NCBI GenBank assembly: GCA_947486575.1
Contig: CANKUB010000006.1
Coordinates: 2,455 to 66,454, forward strand
Direction of reading: 5' to 3'
Origin: Betaproteobacteria bacterium
GTDB lineage: Bacteria; Pseudomonadota; Gammaproteobacteria; Burkholderiales; SG8-41
Length of the DNA: 64,000 nucleotides
Every line of letters begins with the position of its first letter. The stretch's first letter is position 1. Below, piece after piece: positions 9,861 through 18,244 of the stretch. A model generated the notes under the pieces. It was not told where the DNA came from, searched no databases, and saw only the letters and a list, made by a program, of their open reading frames with translations. A program made the position numbers and the translations under genes.

Positions 9861-12011
9861 CTAGGGCCGACGCACGATCAAGGCGTCCAGCACCCGCGCA
9901 CCCGCGCCAGCTTCATAAACCATCATGGGGTTGATATCGAGCTCCGAAATTTCATGCCGGAAATCATGTGCGAACCAGGACAAACGCACGATGGCATCCA
10001 CCACGGCATTGCGATCCCGCGCTGACATGCCGCGCACGCCGGCCAGCAATTTCACGCCGCGCAGTTCGTCCAGCATTTCATTGGCTTGCCGGAGTGTGAC
10101 CGGCGCTGCGCGATACGAAATATCTTTCAGCACCTCGACGTGTATGCCGCCCAGACCCGCCGCAATGATGGGGCCGAACACCGGATCCATGATCACGCCC
10201 AGCATCATTTCCACGCCTGGCCGTGCCATCTCCTGCACCAGCACGCCATTGATTTTCGCTTGAGGCGCGTACGCCCTTGCAGACTCGATGATGCTGTCGA
10301 ACGCTTCGCTTACCGCATCCTTACCCGAAACGCCAAGGCGAATGCCGCCTGCCTCTGTCTTGTGTGCAATGTCCGGCGAGTCAATTTTAAGTGCAACCGG
10401 GCCGCCCATTTTGGCTGCAATAGCCGCAGCCTCTATTGCCGTTGCCGCCAGTGCCTCTTGCGTTACGGGCAAGCCGTAGCAAGCTAACAGTTGCTTGGCT
10501 TCGCGCTCGGTGACTTTCGGCCCCAAGGCCTTGAGCTGGCCTTCGGCCTTGGCGTAGTCAACGCCGGACGGACGCTCCGGTGTCAAAGCGCCTGATTTTC
10601 GCGCCAATACATATTGCCCAAAATCGTAGGCCGCCCGAATGGCGCGGGTGCATGGCGTGGCGTCGCGGTAGACCACTACGCCTTTATCAATGAGATCACG
10701 CGCTTTGTAGTCCTTGTCATCCATGCAGCCACCGACCCACAACATGGCCGTCTGTTTGCCGCATTGAGCCATGATCTCTACCGTCTGATCCATATTCTTT
10801 CGCGTAGGGAATGGCACGATGGGAATCATCACATCCACGCCGGGATCAGCGGCTATCGTTGTCAGTGCCTTGCGGTAAAAATCCTGATCGCCGGTGGCAG
10901 CCGAGGTGAGATCGGTCGGATTGCCCACTTTGCCGTAACCCGGCATCAGCTTTGCCAGCGCTTCCTGTGTCTCAGTGGCAAATGCGTTCCATTGCAAATC
11001 AAAAATAGCGCCGGCATCGGCCAGATTCACGATATTGCCGCCGGTGGGCGCTACGGCCGCCAAACCGCGCCCTTTGGGCCATTTACGATGGCGCAAAAAC
11101 ACCGCTGTTTCGTAAAGCTCGTTGCACTCGTGCACCTGTATTAATCCATACTGACGGCACACCGCTTTGATGATGTCGTTGTCGCCCGCAATAGTGCCGG
11201 TATGCGACGCGGCCGCACGACTGCCAGCATCAGTCGAACCGATTTTCAGGATGACCAGTGGTTTTTCCAGTTCGGCGGCCTCTTCCGCAAGACACCGGAA
11301 TTTTTCGCCATTCTTGATACCTTCGATGGCGAGCAACACCACATTGGTGGTTTCGGAATGCAGCATGAAGCGCGCAAAATCCAGCGTATCAATGTCGGCC
11401 TCGTTGCCGCAACTGGCTTCGTAACTGATGCCGAGACCATGCTCCATGGTGCGCCACATCACGTTGATCTGCCCTAATCCGCCGCTGTGACTCACCACGC
11501 CGATATCGCCCGCCTTCGCATAGGTCTCGCGAATCGCCGCCGTGGATGTCATGGCGAAGCGGTCGATGAAATTCACGATGCCATTGCAGTTGGGGCCCAT
11601 GAAACGGATACCCTTGGCATTGCCAAATTCGATCAGGCGTTTTTGGCGTGCACGGCCTTCGTCCGTACCTGACTCGGCAAAGCCGCCGCTGAAGACGGTA
11701 GCAAAACGCACGCCGATGGCCGCGCAATCTTCCAGCACATCGAACACGCGCTCGCTCGACACCACCAGCCCGACGTGATCCGGCGTCTCGGGCAAATCCT
11801 TGACGCCCGGGTAACACTTGAAACCGTAAATTTCCTTCAACCGCGGGTTGACCGGATAAATATTCCCTGCGAAACCAAAACGCGTCATCTGCTGAAACAC
11901 GCGCCCGCCGAAATTTGTGGGATGGTCAGTGGCCCCCACCAGCGCGATGCTGCGGGGCGCCATCATTGGCGAGATATCGGGTAAATCGTTTACTGGTAAA
12001 GGTGCATTCAT
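9861..12011 (-). CDS. Acyl-CoA synthetase (NDP-forming), with fused CoA-binding/ligase and ATP-grasp domains
   Basis: The 716-aa product has an N-terminal CoA-binding region (IALVGATDHPTNFGGRV), the phosphohistidine loop AAASHTGTIAG, and a C-terminal ATP-grasp-like region. Confidence 0.85.
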   Translation of the reverse strand: MNAPLPVNDLPDISPMMAPRSIALVGATDHPTNFGGRVFQQMTRFGFAGNIYPVNPRLKEIYGFKCYPGVKDLPETPDHVGLVVSSERVFDVLEDCAAIGVRFATVFSGGFAESGTDEGRARQKRLIEFGNAKGIRFMGPNCNGIVNFIDRFAMTSTAAIRETYAKAGDIGVVSHSGGLGQINVMWRTMEHGLGISYEASCGNEADIDTLDFARFMLHSETTNVVLLAIEGIKNGEKFRCLAEEAAELEKPLVILKIGSTDAGSRAAASHTGTIAGDNDIIKAVCRQYGLIQVHECNELYETAVFLRHRKWPKGRGLAAVAPTGGNIVNLADAGAIFDLQWNAFATETQEALAKLMPGYGKVGNPTDLTSAATGDQDFYRKALTTIAADPGVDVMIPIVPFPTRKNMDQTVEIMAQCGKQTAMLWVGGCMDDKDYKARDLIDKGVVVYRDATPCTRAIRAAYDFGQYVLARKSGALTPERPSGVDYAKAEGQLKALGPKVTEREAKQLLACYGLPVTQEALAATAIEAAAIAAKMGGPVALKIDSPDIAHKTEAGGIRLGVSGKDAVSEAFDSIIESARAYAPQAKINGVLVQEMARPGVEMMLGVIMDPVFGPIIAAGLGGIHVEVLKDISYRAAPVTLRQANEMLDELRGVKLLAGVRGMSARDRNAVVDAIVRLSWFAHDFRHEISELDINPMMVYEAGAGARVLDALIVRRP

Positions 12012-12017
12012 TGCATT

Positions 12018-12458
12018 TTATTTCCGTAAATGATCAGCAAACCCGCTGGCTGATCCCACCAAAGTTTTAACGCCTTGCTGATTTTCACACCAGCATTCCA
12101 CGGTGACGCGCGGCCTGCCGCCTACATCGTCGTGGCTGGTCACCACGGCGCGGGCCGTCAACGTTTCACCCACGATCACCGGCTTGATGAACGACGCCGA
12201 TACTTTGCCGCCTCTGACGAAACCTTCGCCGAGCCAGCTCGTCATCATTTGCGACACGTAGGCAGTAGACATCAATGCCTGCACCAGCGGTGCGGGAAAG
12301 CCCTTTTTCTTTGCCCATTCGACATCGGTATGGATTGAGTTGGGGCGCACGCCGGAATAGCAATCGATCTGACGCTGGCTGATGGTTTTTTTCAAGGGCG
12401 GCAGTTCCGTGCCAACTGCCAACAACTGCGGCTGACTAGCGGTTTTTGGCATGTTCAT
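12018..12458 (-). CDS. MaoC-like (hotdog fold) dehydratase subunit
   Basis: The 146-aa product has a hydratase-2-like segment YSGVRPNSIHTDVEWAKKKGF. An alternative ATG lies at 12450-12452. It overlaps the upstream hotdog gene by 17-23 bp. Confidence 0.75.
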   Translation of the reverse strand: MNMPKTASQPQLLAVGTELPPLKKTISQRQIDCYSGVRPNSIHTDVEWAKKKGFPAPLVQALMSTAYVSQMMTSWLGEGFVRGGKVSASFIKPVIVGETLTARAVVTSHDDVGGRPRVTVECWCENQQGVKTLVGSASGFADHLRK

Positions 12459-12912
12459 GCACTCCCGATTTCGGGAACAGCATTTGCGTGAATTGGCCGC
12501 GAACCAGAACCGTCCCGGTTTCTTCGTCGCGCGTTGCGAATTCGGTAACCATGTAATGACGTCCGCGCTTTTCGTATTTGTCGATCAGTTTTCCACGCGT
12601 GCGTACGCGCATACCGACGCGTAGTGGTTCCACAAACTCGTACTGCATTTTCGCGTGCAAACCGGCGGGCACGATGTATTTGCTGTGGCGCATGAACAGC
12701 GCCTGATTGCCCATTAAAACCGGATGGGTGATCTTTCCGCCGAAAGGCGAACTTGCGGGCGCGTCATCGCTGCCTTCGAAATACCAAGGGTCGTGATCCT
12801 CCACCGCGAAGGCAAACGTCTCCACGTCTTCAGGCTTGATCAGAAAATCATCGGACATGAACTCCTCGCCCACCGTCACCACTTCATAATTTATTTCTTT
12901 AAATTCAATCAC
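12436..12912 (-). CDS. MaoC N-terminal-like (hotdog fold) dehydratase subunit
   Basis: The 158-aa product contains GGKITHPVLMGNQALF and a hotdog-type C-terminal beta region. It is translationally overlapped with 12018..12458. Confidence 0.7.
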   Translation of the reverse strand: MIEFKEINYEVVTVGEEFMSDDFLIKPEDVETFAFAVEDHDPWYFEGSDDAPASSPFGGKITHPVLMGNQALFMRHSKYIVPAGLHAKMQYEFVEPLRVGMRVRTRGKLIDKYEKRGRHYMVTEFATRDEETGTVLVRGQFTQMLFPKSGVHEHAKNR

Positions 12913-12927
12913 TTATATTTTCCTTAT

Positions 12928-14292
12928 CTATGCTGCCAACTGTTTGATCACAGTAGTTACGTCACTCACACCTTCCAGCTTCAACAACGTTTCGAGCAGG
13001 CTCGTGCGTTGCGCATCGTTCAAGCGCGCCGCAGTCAGCTCATGAAATTTCGCCAGCACGTCGGCATCGCTCAATTGATTTTTGGCATGACCGCGTGGAT
13101 AGATCACCTCCTTGCTGAGCGTCTGCCCCGCTTTAGTACGTATGGTGACGCGGGCAGGCGCACCTTCTGGATACAGACTATCCAGACGGTCGTCGCTGCG
13201 CATTTCTATTTTGGCCATCAATGCAGCCACTGCGGGGTCAACCAATCGCGCATCGGAAAAAGAAGCATCGGTTACCGATCCGTCCAGCAGTGCCATCGCC
13301 ACCACATACGGCATGCTGTGATCCGCAGTCTCCCGCGTGGAAGGCGCCCAGCGATTGGCGTCGGTGCCCATCATCATATGTGCAGCCTTATAGCCATCCA
13401 CCACAATTTCCGCGATGTCTTCGACTTTCACTTGCGGCCGCAAATCCAGTGCGGCGAATACTGCCGATTGTCCGTGATAACAAATCGGCAAACACTTCAA
13501 ATGGGTTTGCGTAATCAAATGTTCGTTGTAGGGCAAAGGCCAATCGTGACGGCCAATCACCTCCCACAGCCCGCCATTTCCTTCAAACACCGCTGTCGGC
13601 CCGGTGAAACCGTCCTGCGCCAGCTGCGCCGCGAACACGGCATTGCGTGAGGCGTTGGCGCCTGCGCAGCCCTTCCAATTCGACAAGGCGCCACGACGGG
13701 CCTGCGCCAGCGACATATTGGGCGCCAGCGCCATCGCCACCGCATTCGCCATCTGGTCACGCGAGAGTTTCAGCAACTTGCCTGCGCCCAGCACACAGCC
13801 GAGCACGCCATATACCGGCTGATCCCACCCCTTGGCATTGATATCGATGGCATTGCAGAAACTGCAATACACATCGTAAGCCAGCGTAATCGCGTTGATA
13901 ACTGCTTTGCCATCGGCGTGAACGCTTTCGGCAACCGCAAGAATGCCCGAAATCATGTCACTCGGATGGCCGCGGCTCTTGCCTAGATAGGTATCGCTGA
14001 TATCGAGCAAGCGCGTCATTACGCCATTGGCGAATGCTGCGGCTTCCGGCGTGGTTTGAATGTTGCTGCCCCACACCGTGGCCGGATTATCGGTACGGCT
14101 GCGCAGGGCCACCTTGCGCGCGAGCGCACTGGTCGGATTGTCGTATGCACCCAGCGCGCTTGAAAACGCATCAATTACACGCAGCTTGCAGGCATGCACC
14201 ACATCGGGTGACAGCGATTCAAACGACGACTTCTGCGCAAAGCTCACCAGCGCTTCGGTTGTGACATCCCATCCTGCAACAGCTTGATCCAC
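12928..14292 (-). CDS. MmgE/PrpD family protein
   Basis: It shows a PrpD-like N-terminus and DHSMPY-type motifs (ADHSMPYVVAMAL). The start is moved to GTG 14290-14292, which is preceded by GAGGAG. The longer track ORF would overlap the upstream gene. Confidence 0.85.
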   Translation of the reverse strand: MDQAVAGWDVTTEALVSFAQKSSFESLSPDVVHACKLRVIDAFSSALGAYDNPTSALARKVALRSRTDNPATVWGSNIQTTPEAAAFANGVMTRLLDISDTYLGKSRGHPSDMISGILAVAESVHADGKAVINAITLAYDVYCSFCNAIDINAKGWDQPVYGVLGCVLGAGKLLKLSRDQMANAVAMALAPNMSLAQARRGALSNWKGCAGANASRNAVFAAQLAQDGFTGPTAVFEGNGGLWEVIGRHDWPLPYNEHLITQTHLKCLPICYHGQSAVFAALDLRPQVKVEDIAEIVVDGYKAAHMMMGTDANRWAPSTRETADHSMPYVVAMALLDGSVTDASFSDARLVDPAVAALMAKIEMRSDDRLDSLYPEGAPARVTIRTKAGQTLSKEVIYPRGHAKNQLSDADVLAKFHELTAARLNDAQRTSLLETLLKLEGVSDVTTVIKQLAA

Positions 14293-14306
14293 GGTAGTTC
14301 TCCTCT

Positions 14307-15296
14307 TCACTCTGGCTTTATACCTGCGACTTTGATCACACGTGCCCACTTTGCCAACTCGCTCTTGACGAGATTCGCCAGTTCGGCCTGTGTCCCCGTA
14401 TCCCCATCGAGACCTTGCGCATCCATGACAGATCTCGCTTCAGCGTTCGCGATATTTTTACGCGTGAGTTCGTTTAAACGGCTGACGATCGGTTGTGCCG
14501 TGCCCGCTGGCGCAAACAACGCGTTCCATGCGGTTACTTCATAACCGGCAATGCCGGACTCATCCACTGTTGGCACATCCGGCAATACCGACGAGCGCTT
14601 CGCCCCAGTAACGCCCAGCGCAATCAGCTTGCCTTGCTTGACATGTGGCACCACCGTCGTGCTGCCGAAAGTCAGCGCAATTTGCCCGCCCAGCAAATCC
14701 GGCATCACCTGTCCGGTGCCTTTGTAGGGAATATGTGCCAGCTTCACACCAGCCATGTGGCCAAACAATTCACCCGCAAGATGCGTACCGCTGCCTACAC
14801 CCACCGACGCAAAGTTGATTTGACCGGGTCGCACTTTCGCCAATGCAATCAATGACTTGACGTTGCGTGCTGGCAGCGATGGATGCGCCACCACAAAGAA
14901 CATGTACGACGATAGTTTTGAAATCGGTTCGAAATCCTTGACCGGATCGTAGCCCACTTTGCGCTGCAAGCTCGGATTAACCGTGATGCTGCTTTGAACA
15001 ATCAGCAACGTATATCCATCCGCCGGCGATTTGGCCACCAGTTCAACGCCAATCGAACCACCCGCACCCGGCCGGTTTTCAACGATGAATTGTTGCCCCA
15101 GATCGCCCGTCAGCGATTTGGCGAGCAATCGTGCCACCAGATCAAGTGAACCGCCCGGACTGAAGGGATTGATGATTCGCACGGGTTTAACCGGGTACGT
15201 CTGGGCGTTCACATGAATGCAGCTCAGTACGAGCGCTGCCGCCACACCACCTTGGACGCACCGGTGAAAAAATAATCGCAGCCTGCAATTTGCCAT
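14307..15296 (-). CDS. Bug/TctC-family periplasmic solute-binding protein
   Basis: Motifs YPVKPVRIINPFSPGGS, IVENRPGAGGS, ADGYT and C-terminal VAGIKPE. Confidence 0.9.
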   Translation of the reverse strand: MANCRLRLFFHRCVQGGVAAALVLSCIHVNAQTYPVKPVRIINPFSPGGSLDLVARLLAKSLTGDLGQQFIVENRPGAGGSIGVELVAKSPADGYTLLIVQSSITVNPSLQRKVGYDPVKDFEPISKLSSYMFFVVAHPSLPARNVKSLIALAKVRPGQINFASVGVGSGTHLAGELFGHMAGVKLAHIPYKGTGQVMPDLLGGQIALTFGSTTVVPHVKQGKLIALGVTGAKRSSVLPDVPTVDESGIAGYEVTAWNALFAPAGTAQPIVSRLNELTRKNIANAEARSVMDAQGLDGDTGTQAELANLVKSELAKWARVIKVAGIKPE

Positions 15297-15388
15297 ACGT
15301 AATCCACACCCGTTCCGAACGATCTACGCATTACATCATGCGCGGCAAGACTATGCCACAATGTGCATCGCAATATGAACTGCGCGCC

Positions 15389-16342
15389 ATGTCAAATTCA
15401 GACGGAGTACTGCACGTGCAATACTCAACATCAAGGCGCAGATTTCTAGAGACAACAACGATGACAGCTACGGGCCTGGTTTTAAACGCTTTGAACTCGG
15501 CAGGGGCAGCCCATGCTGCACCCGAACCGATGTGGGTGCCCGCCCCAATTCCGCCGCAGGCGCCGGTGCAGGAAGGCATGGTCGATGTTGATGGATCACG
15601 GCTGTGGTACTGGGACACCGGCGGCAATGGCCAGCCGGTGATTCTGCTGCACGCCGGTACGCAAAGCGGCGCAGGATGGGTTTACCAGCAGCCTGCGCTG
15701 GCAATGGCGGGTTACCGGGTGATAGGTTATTCGCGGCGTGGTTATTACCGCTCGGATGCAGGTGATGCCAGCAATCCTGGTGTTGGCTCCGATGATCTAC
15801 AGCGTTTGATTCAGCACCTGAAACTCGAAAGGGTGCATCTGGTTTCCGCCGCACAAGGTGGTTTTTTTGCCATTGATTACACACTGGAATATCCAGACAA
15901 CGTGCGCAGTCTTGCAGTGATTTCGTCCTACATGGGCATTACGGAAGCCGACTACGCTGCGGTGAATACGCGGCTGCGGCCAAAATTTTTCGCCACGTTG
16001 CCGCATGATTTTCAGGAGCTGTCACCCTCATACCGCGCCGGAAACCCCGAAGGCTTGGCCGCGTGGCAAGCCCTGGAGCATCAGGCGATTCCCGGCAAAC
16101 GCATCACGCCGAAAATGAAGCAGCCGCTGACATGGGCACGGCTGGAGTCGATCAAACACCCGACACTGCTGATGACGGGCGACTCCGATCTTTACACGCC
16201 ACCATCGCTACTGCGCATGCAGGCACAACATATGCCGCACGCCGAGGTGCACATTGTGCGCGAGGCCGGCCACAGTCCTTATTGGGAGCAGCCTGTGACA
16301 TTCAATCAGATTCTGCTGGCGTTTCTGGCGAAGCAGAAATAG
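15389..16342 (+). CDS. Tat-signal alpha/beta-fold protein with a non-canonical nucleophile elbow (Ser replaced by Ala)
   Basis: It starts MSNSDGVLHVQYSTSRRRFLETTTMTATGLVLNALNSAGAAHA, which contains a twin-arginine motif. Alpha/beta-hydrolase motifs LLHAGTQS, GDSD and GHSPYWEQP are present. The elbow reads VHLVSAAQGG where the paralog at 54145 reads AHIIGCSMGA. Confidence 0.75.
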   Translation: MSNSDGVLHVQYSTSRRRFLETTTMTATGLVLNALNSAGAAHAAPEPMWVPAPIPPQAPVQEGMVDVDGSRLWYWDTGGNGQPVILLHAGTQSGAGWVYQQPALAMAGYRVIGYSRRGYYRSDAGDASNPGVGSDDLQRLIQHLKLERVHLVSAAQGGFFAIDYTLEYPDNVRSLAVISSYMGITEADYAAVNTRLRPKFFATLPHDFQELSPSYRAGNPEGLAAWQALEHQAIPGKRITPKMKQPLTWARLESIKHPTLLMTGDSDLYTPPSLLRMQAQHMPHAEVHIVREAGHSPYWEQPVTFNQILLAFLAKQK

Positions 16343-16354
16343 TCAGCAGGATGC

Positions 16355-16978
16355 TCAGGCGTCGATGAAGGTCGTTTTAACCACCGATTCCCGTTGCAAA
16401 AATTGCTGCATCCAGGCATCCGTGCGCGGATGCCCTGTGCGCCAGCCGAAATCAGCGAATCGAAAATCAAGATAGGCCAACGCCGTGCCGATGCCGACAT
16501 GCCCTATGTCGAACGGCGTGCGCGCAAGTGCATCCGCATCCGCCTCCATCACCTCCAGTGCATTGCGCGTCTTGAGCGCGAAGGTTGTCAGCCATTCCGG
16601 CGTTTGGCGCGCAACGGGCTTGCCGATCTCCGAGCGCCATAGCAGCAGTGCATCCAACAGGCCGTTGCCCAGCGCGTGACGGCGCAGCGCTGTCCAGCGT
16701 GCTTCCCCCTTGTTTGGCAACAACGGCGGGAAAAGCTTACCGTTGTATTGACTGTCGAGATATTCGCAAATCAGCAGCGATTCATGCAGCACGCGGCCAT
16801 CATCCAGAATCAGTGTGGGAATTCTGCCCAGCGGGTTATAGCGCATGACTTCCGCGTTGGGTTTAGTCAGTGAAACCACCGACGGTATGCGCTCGATTTT
16901 ATCAGCCAGACCCAGTTCATAAACGCAGATCATGACTTTGCGCACATACGGCGAGCGCGACGACCAGTGCAGTTTCAT
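16355..16978 (-). CDS. Glutathione S-transferase family protein
   Basis: The 207-aa product has an N-terminal thioredoxin-like GST region (SPYVRKVMICVYELGL, NPLGRIPTLILDDG, ESLLICEYLD). Confidence 0.8.
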   Translation of the reverse strand: MKLHWSSRSPYVRKVMICVYELGLADKIERIPSVVSLTKPNAEVMRYNPLGRIPTLILDDGRVLHESLLICEYLDSQYNGKLFPPLLPNKGEARWTALRRHALGNGLLDALLLWRSEIGKPVARQTPEWLTTFALKTRNALEVMEADADALARTPFDIGHVGIGTALAYLDFRFADFGWRTGHPRTDAWMQQFLQRESVVKTTFIDA

Positions 16979-16982
16979 GCTG

Positions 16983-17954
16983 TTACTCCAGTTTGAGATT
17001 GATTTTACGAATCAGGTCACCCCATTTGCGCGCCTCAGACGTGCGGAATGCCTGAACATCTTCGACCGAGCTGCCGACCGCGCCGACGCCGATAGCGTAG
17101 AGCAAATCGCGTGTTTCAGGCGCGCGCAGCGAAGCAACCCATAACTTGTTGATGCGCTGAACAAGCTCGGGCGGGGTAGCGGCAGGCACGGCAACGCCGT
17201 ACCAGCTATCCGAGCGCAAGCTAAGGTAGCCCGACTCAGTGGTGGTGGGCACATTCGGCAATTGCTTGATACGCTCGTTGCTGCTTACCGCCAGCGCCCG
17301 CATCTTGCCAGATGGCAGATAACCAATCACCGCAGGAACATCGAACAGCGCCACTTCGACATGGCCGCCGATCAAATCAACGATGGCAGGCGCAGCACCC
17401 TTGTATTGCACGTTGGTCATCTTGATGCCGGCCGACATCTTGAATAGCTCCGTACCCAGATGAATGAGACCACCGACCCCGATGATCGATATATTCAACT
17501 GGCCGGGCCGCCGCGTCGCGAGCTGCGCAAGCTCCTGCATGTTTTTCACCGGCAGTGAAGGATGCACCACGAAAATCTGCGGTACTGACACCGCCTGCGT
17601 GACCAGACTGAGATCGCGGTCTGGATCAACCAGCGGCTTGGTATACAGATACTTCGTGAATGACAGGGTGCTGCCAGACGAAAACCAGCTGGTGTAGCCG
17701 TCCGGGGCCGATCGTGCAACGTAGTCACCGGCAATGAAGCCGTTCGCGCCGGGCCGATTTTCGACAATAATGTTTTGGCCACTAATGTCAGTCATTTTCT
17801 TACCGATGATACGAGTCATCGTATCGGCTGGCCCACCCGCCGGAAATCCAACCGCAATGCGCATGGGCTTCGACGGATAACTTTGCGAGTAAGTCTGCAT
17901 GCAAAACCCTTGCAACGCCAGCCCGGCCAGCATGGCTGTCTTCACTATCTTCAT
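16983..17954 (-). CDS. Bug/TctC-family periplasmic solute-binding protein
   Basis: Motifs YPSKPMRIAVGFPAGGPAD, IVENRPGANG and PDGYT. The start is chosen at ATG 17952-17954 (MKIVKTAML), 7 nt after GGAGGG. Alternative starts lie at 17960 and 17978. Confidence 0.88.
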   Translation of the reverse strand: MKIVKTAMLAGLALQGFCMQTYSQSYPSKPMRIAVGFPAGGPADTMTRIIGKKMTDISGQNIIVENRPGANGFIAGDYVARSAPDGYTSWFSSGSTLSFTKYLYTKPLVDPDRDLSLVTQAVSVPQIFVVHPSLPVKNMQELAQLATRRPGQLNISIIGVGGLIHLGTELFKMSAGIKMTNVQYKGAAPAIVDLIGGHVEVALFDVPAVIGYLPSGKMRALAVSSNERIKQLPNVPTTTESGYLSLRSDSWYGVAVPAATPPELVQRINKLWVASLRAPETRDLLYAIGVGAVGSSVEDVQAFRTSEARKWGDLIRKINLKLE

Positions 17955-18244
17955 CTGCATACCCTCCCCGGACGCCACACTCTAGCACGCGACTCGCATC
18001 CTCGATTCCTGCGCGGTTACTTCGTGACGAGGCGACCGCGCAAAGCAGCAATAATCCGCGTCACAGATGAGCGTCAAGCATAAGAGTCGAGGAAAAGGGT
18101 CTTTACAAGACTATCGTTTAGTGATTGTATAATCATTCAACAAAAACAATTACTTACGTTTTGCTTACTAGCGCGTGTAGCCGCTTTCTGGCGACACGCT
18201 GATAGTCCAGCGGCACCGTCAATGTTCAAACTCTGGAGACCCCT

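Noticed and set aside
18102-18133. A sigma-70 promoter for acs (TTTACA ... TATAAT at 18128-18133).
   Set aside because: The -10 hexamer is perfect, but the best -35 candidate is 20 nt away, which is outside the normal spacing. It is too uncertain to annotate without transcription start data.
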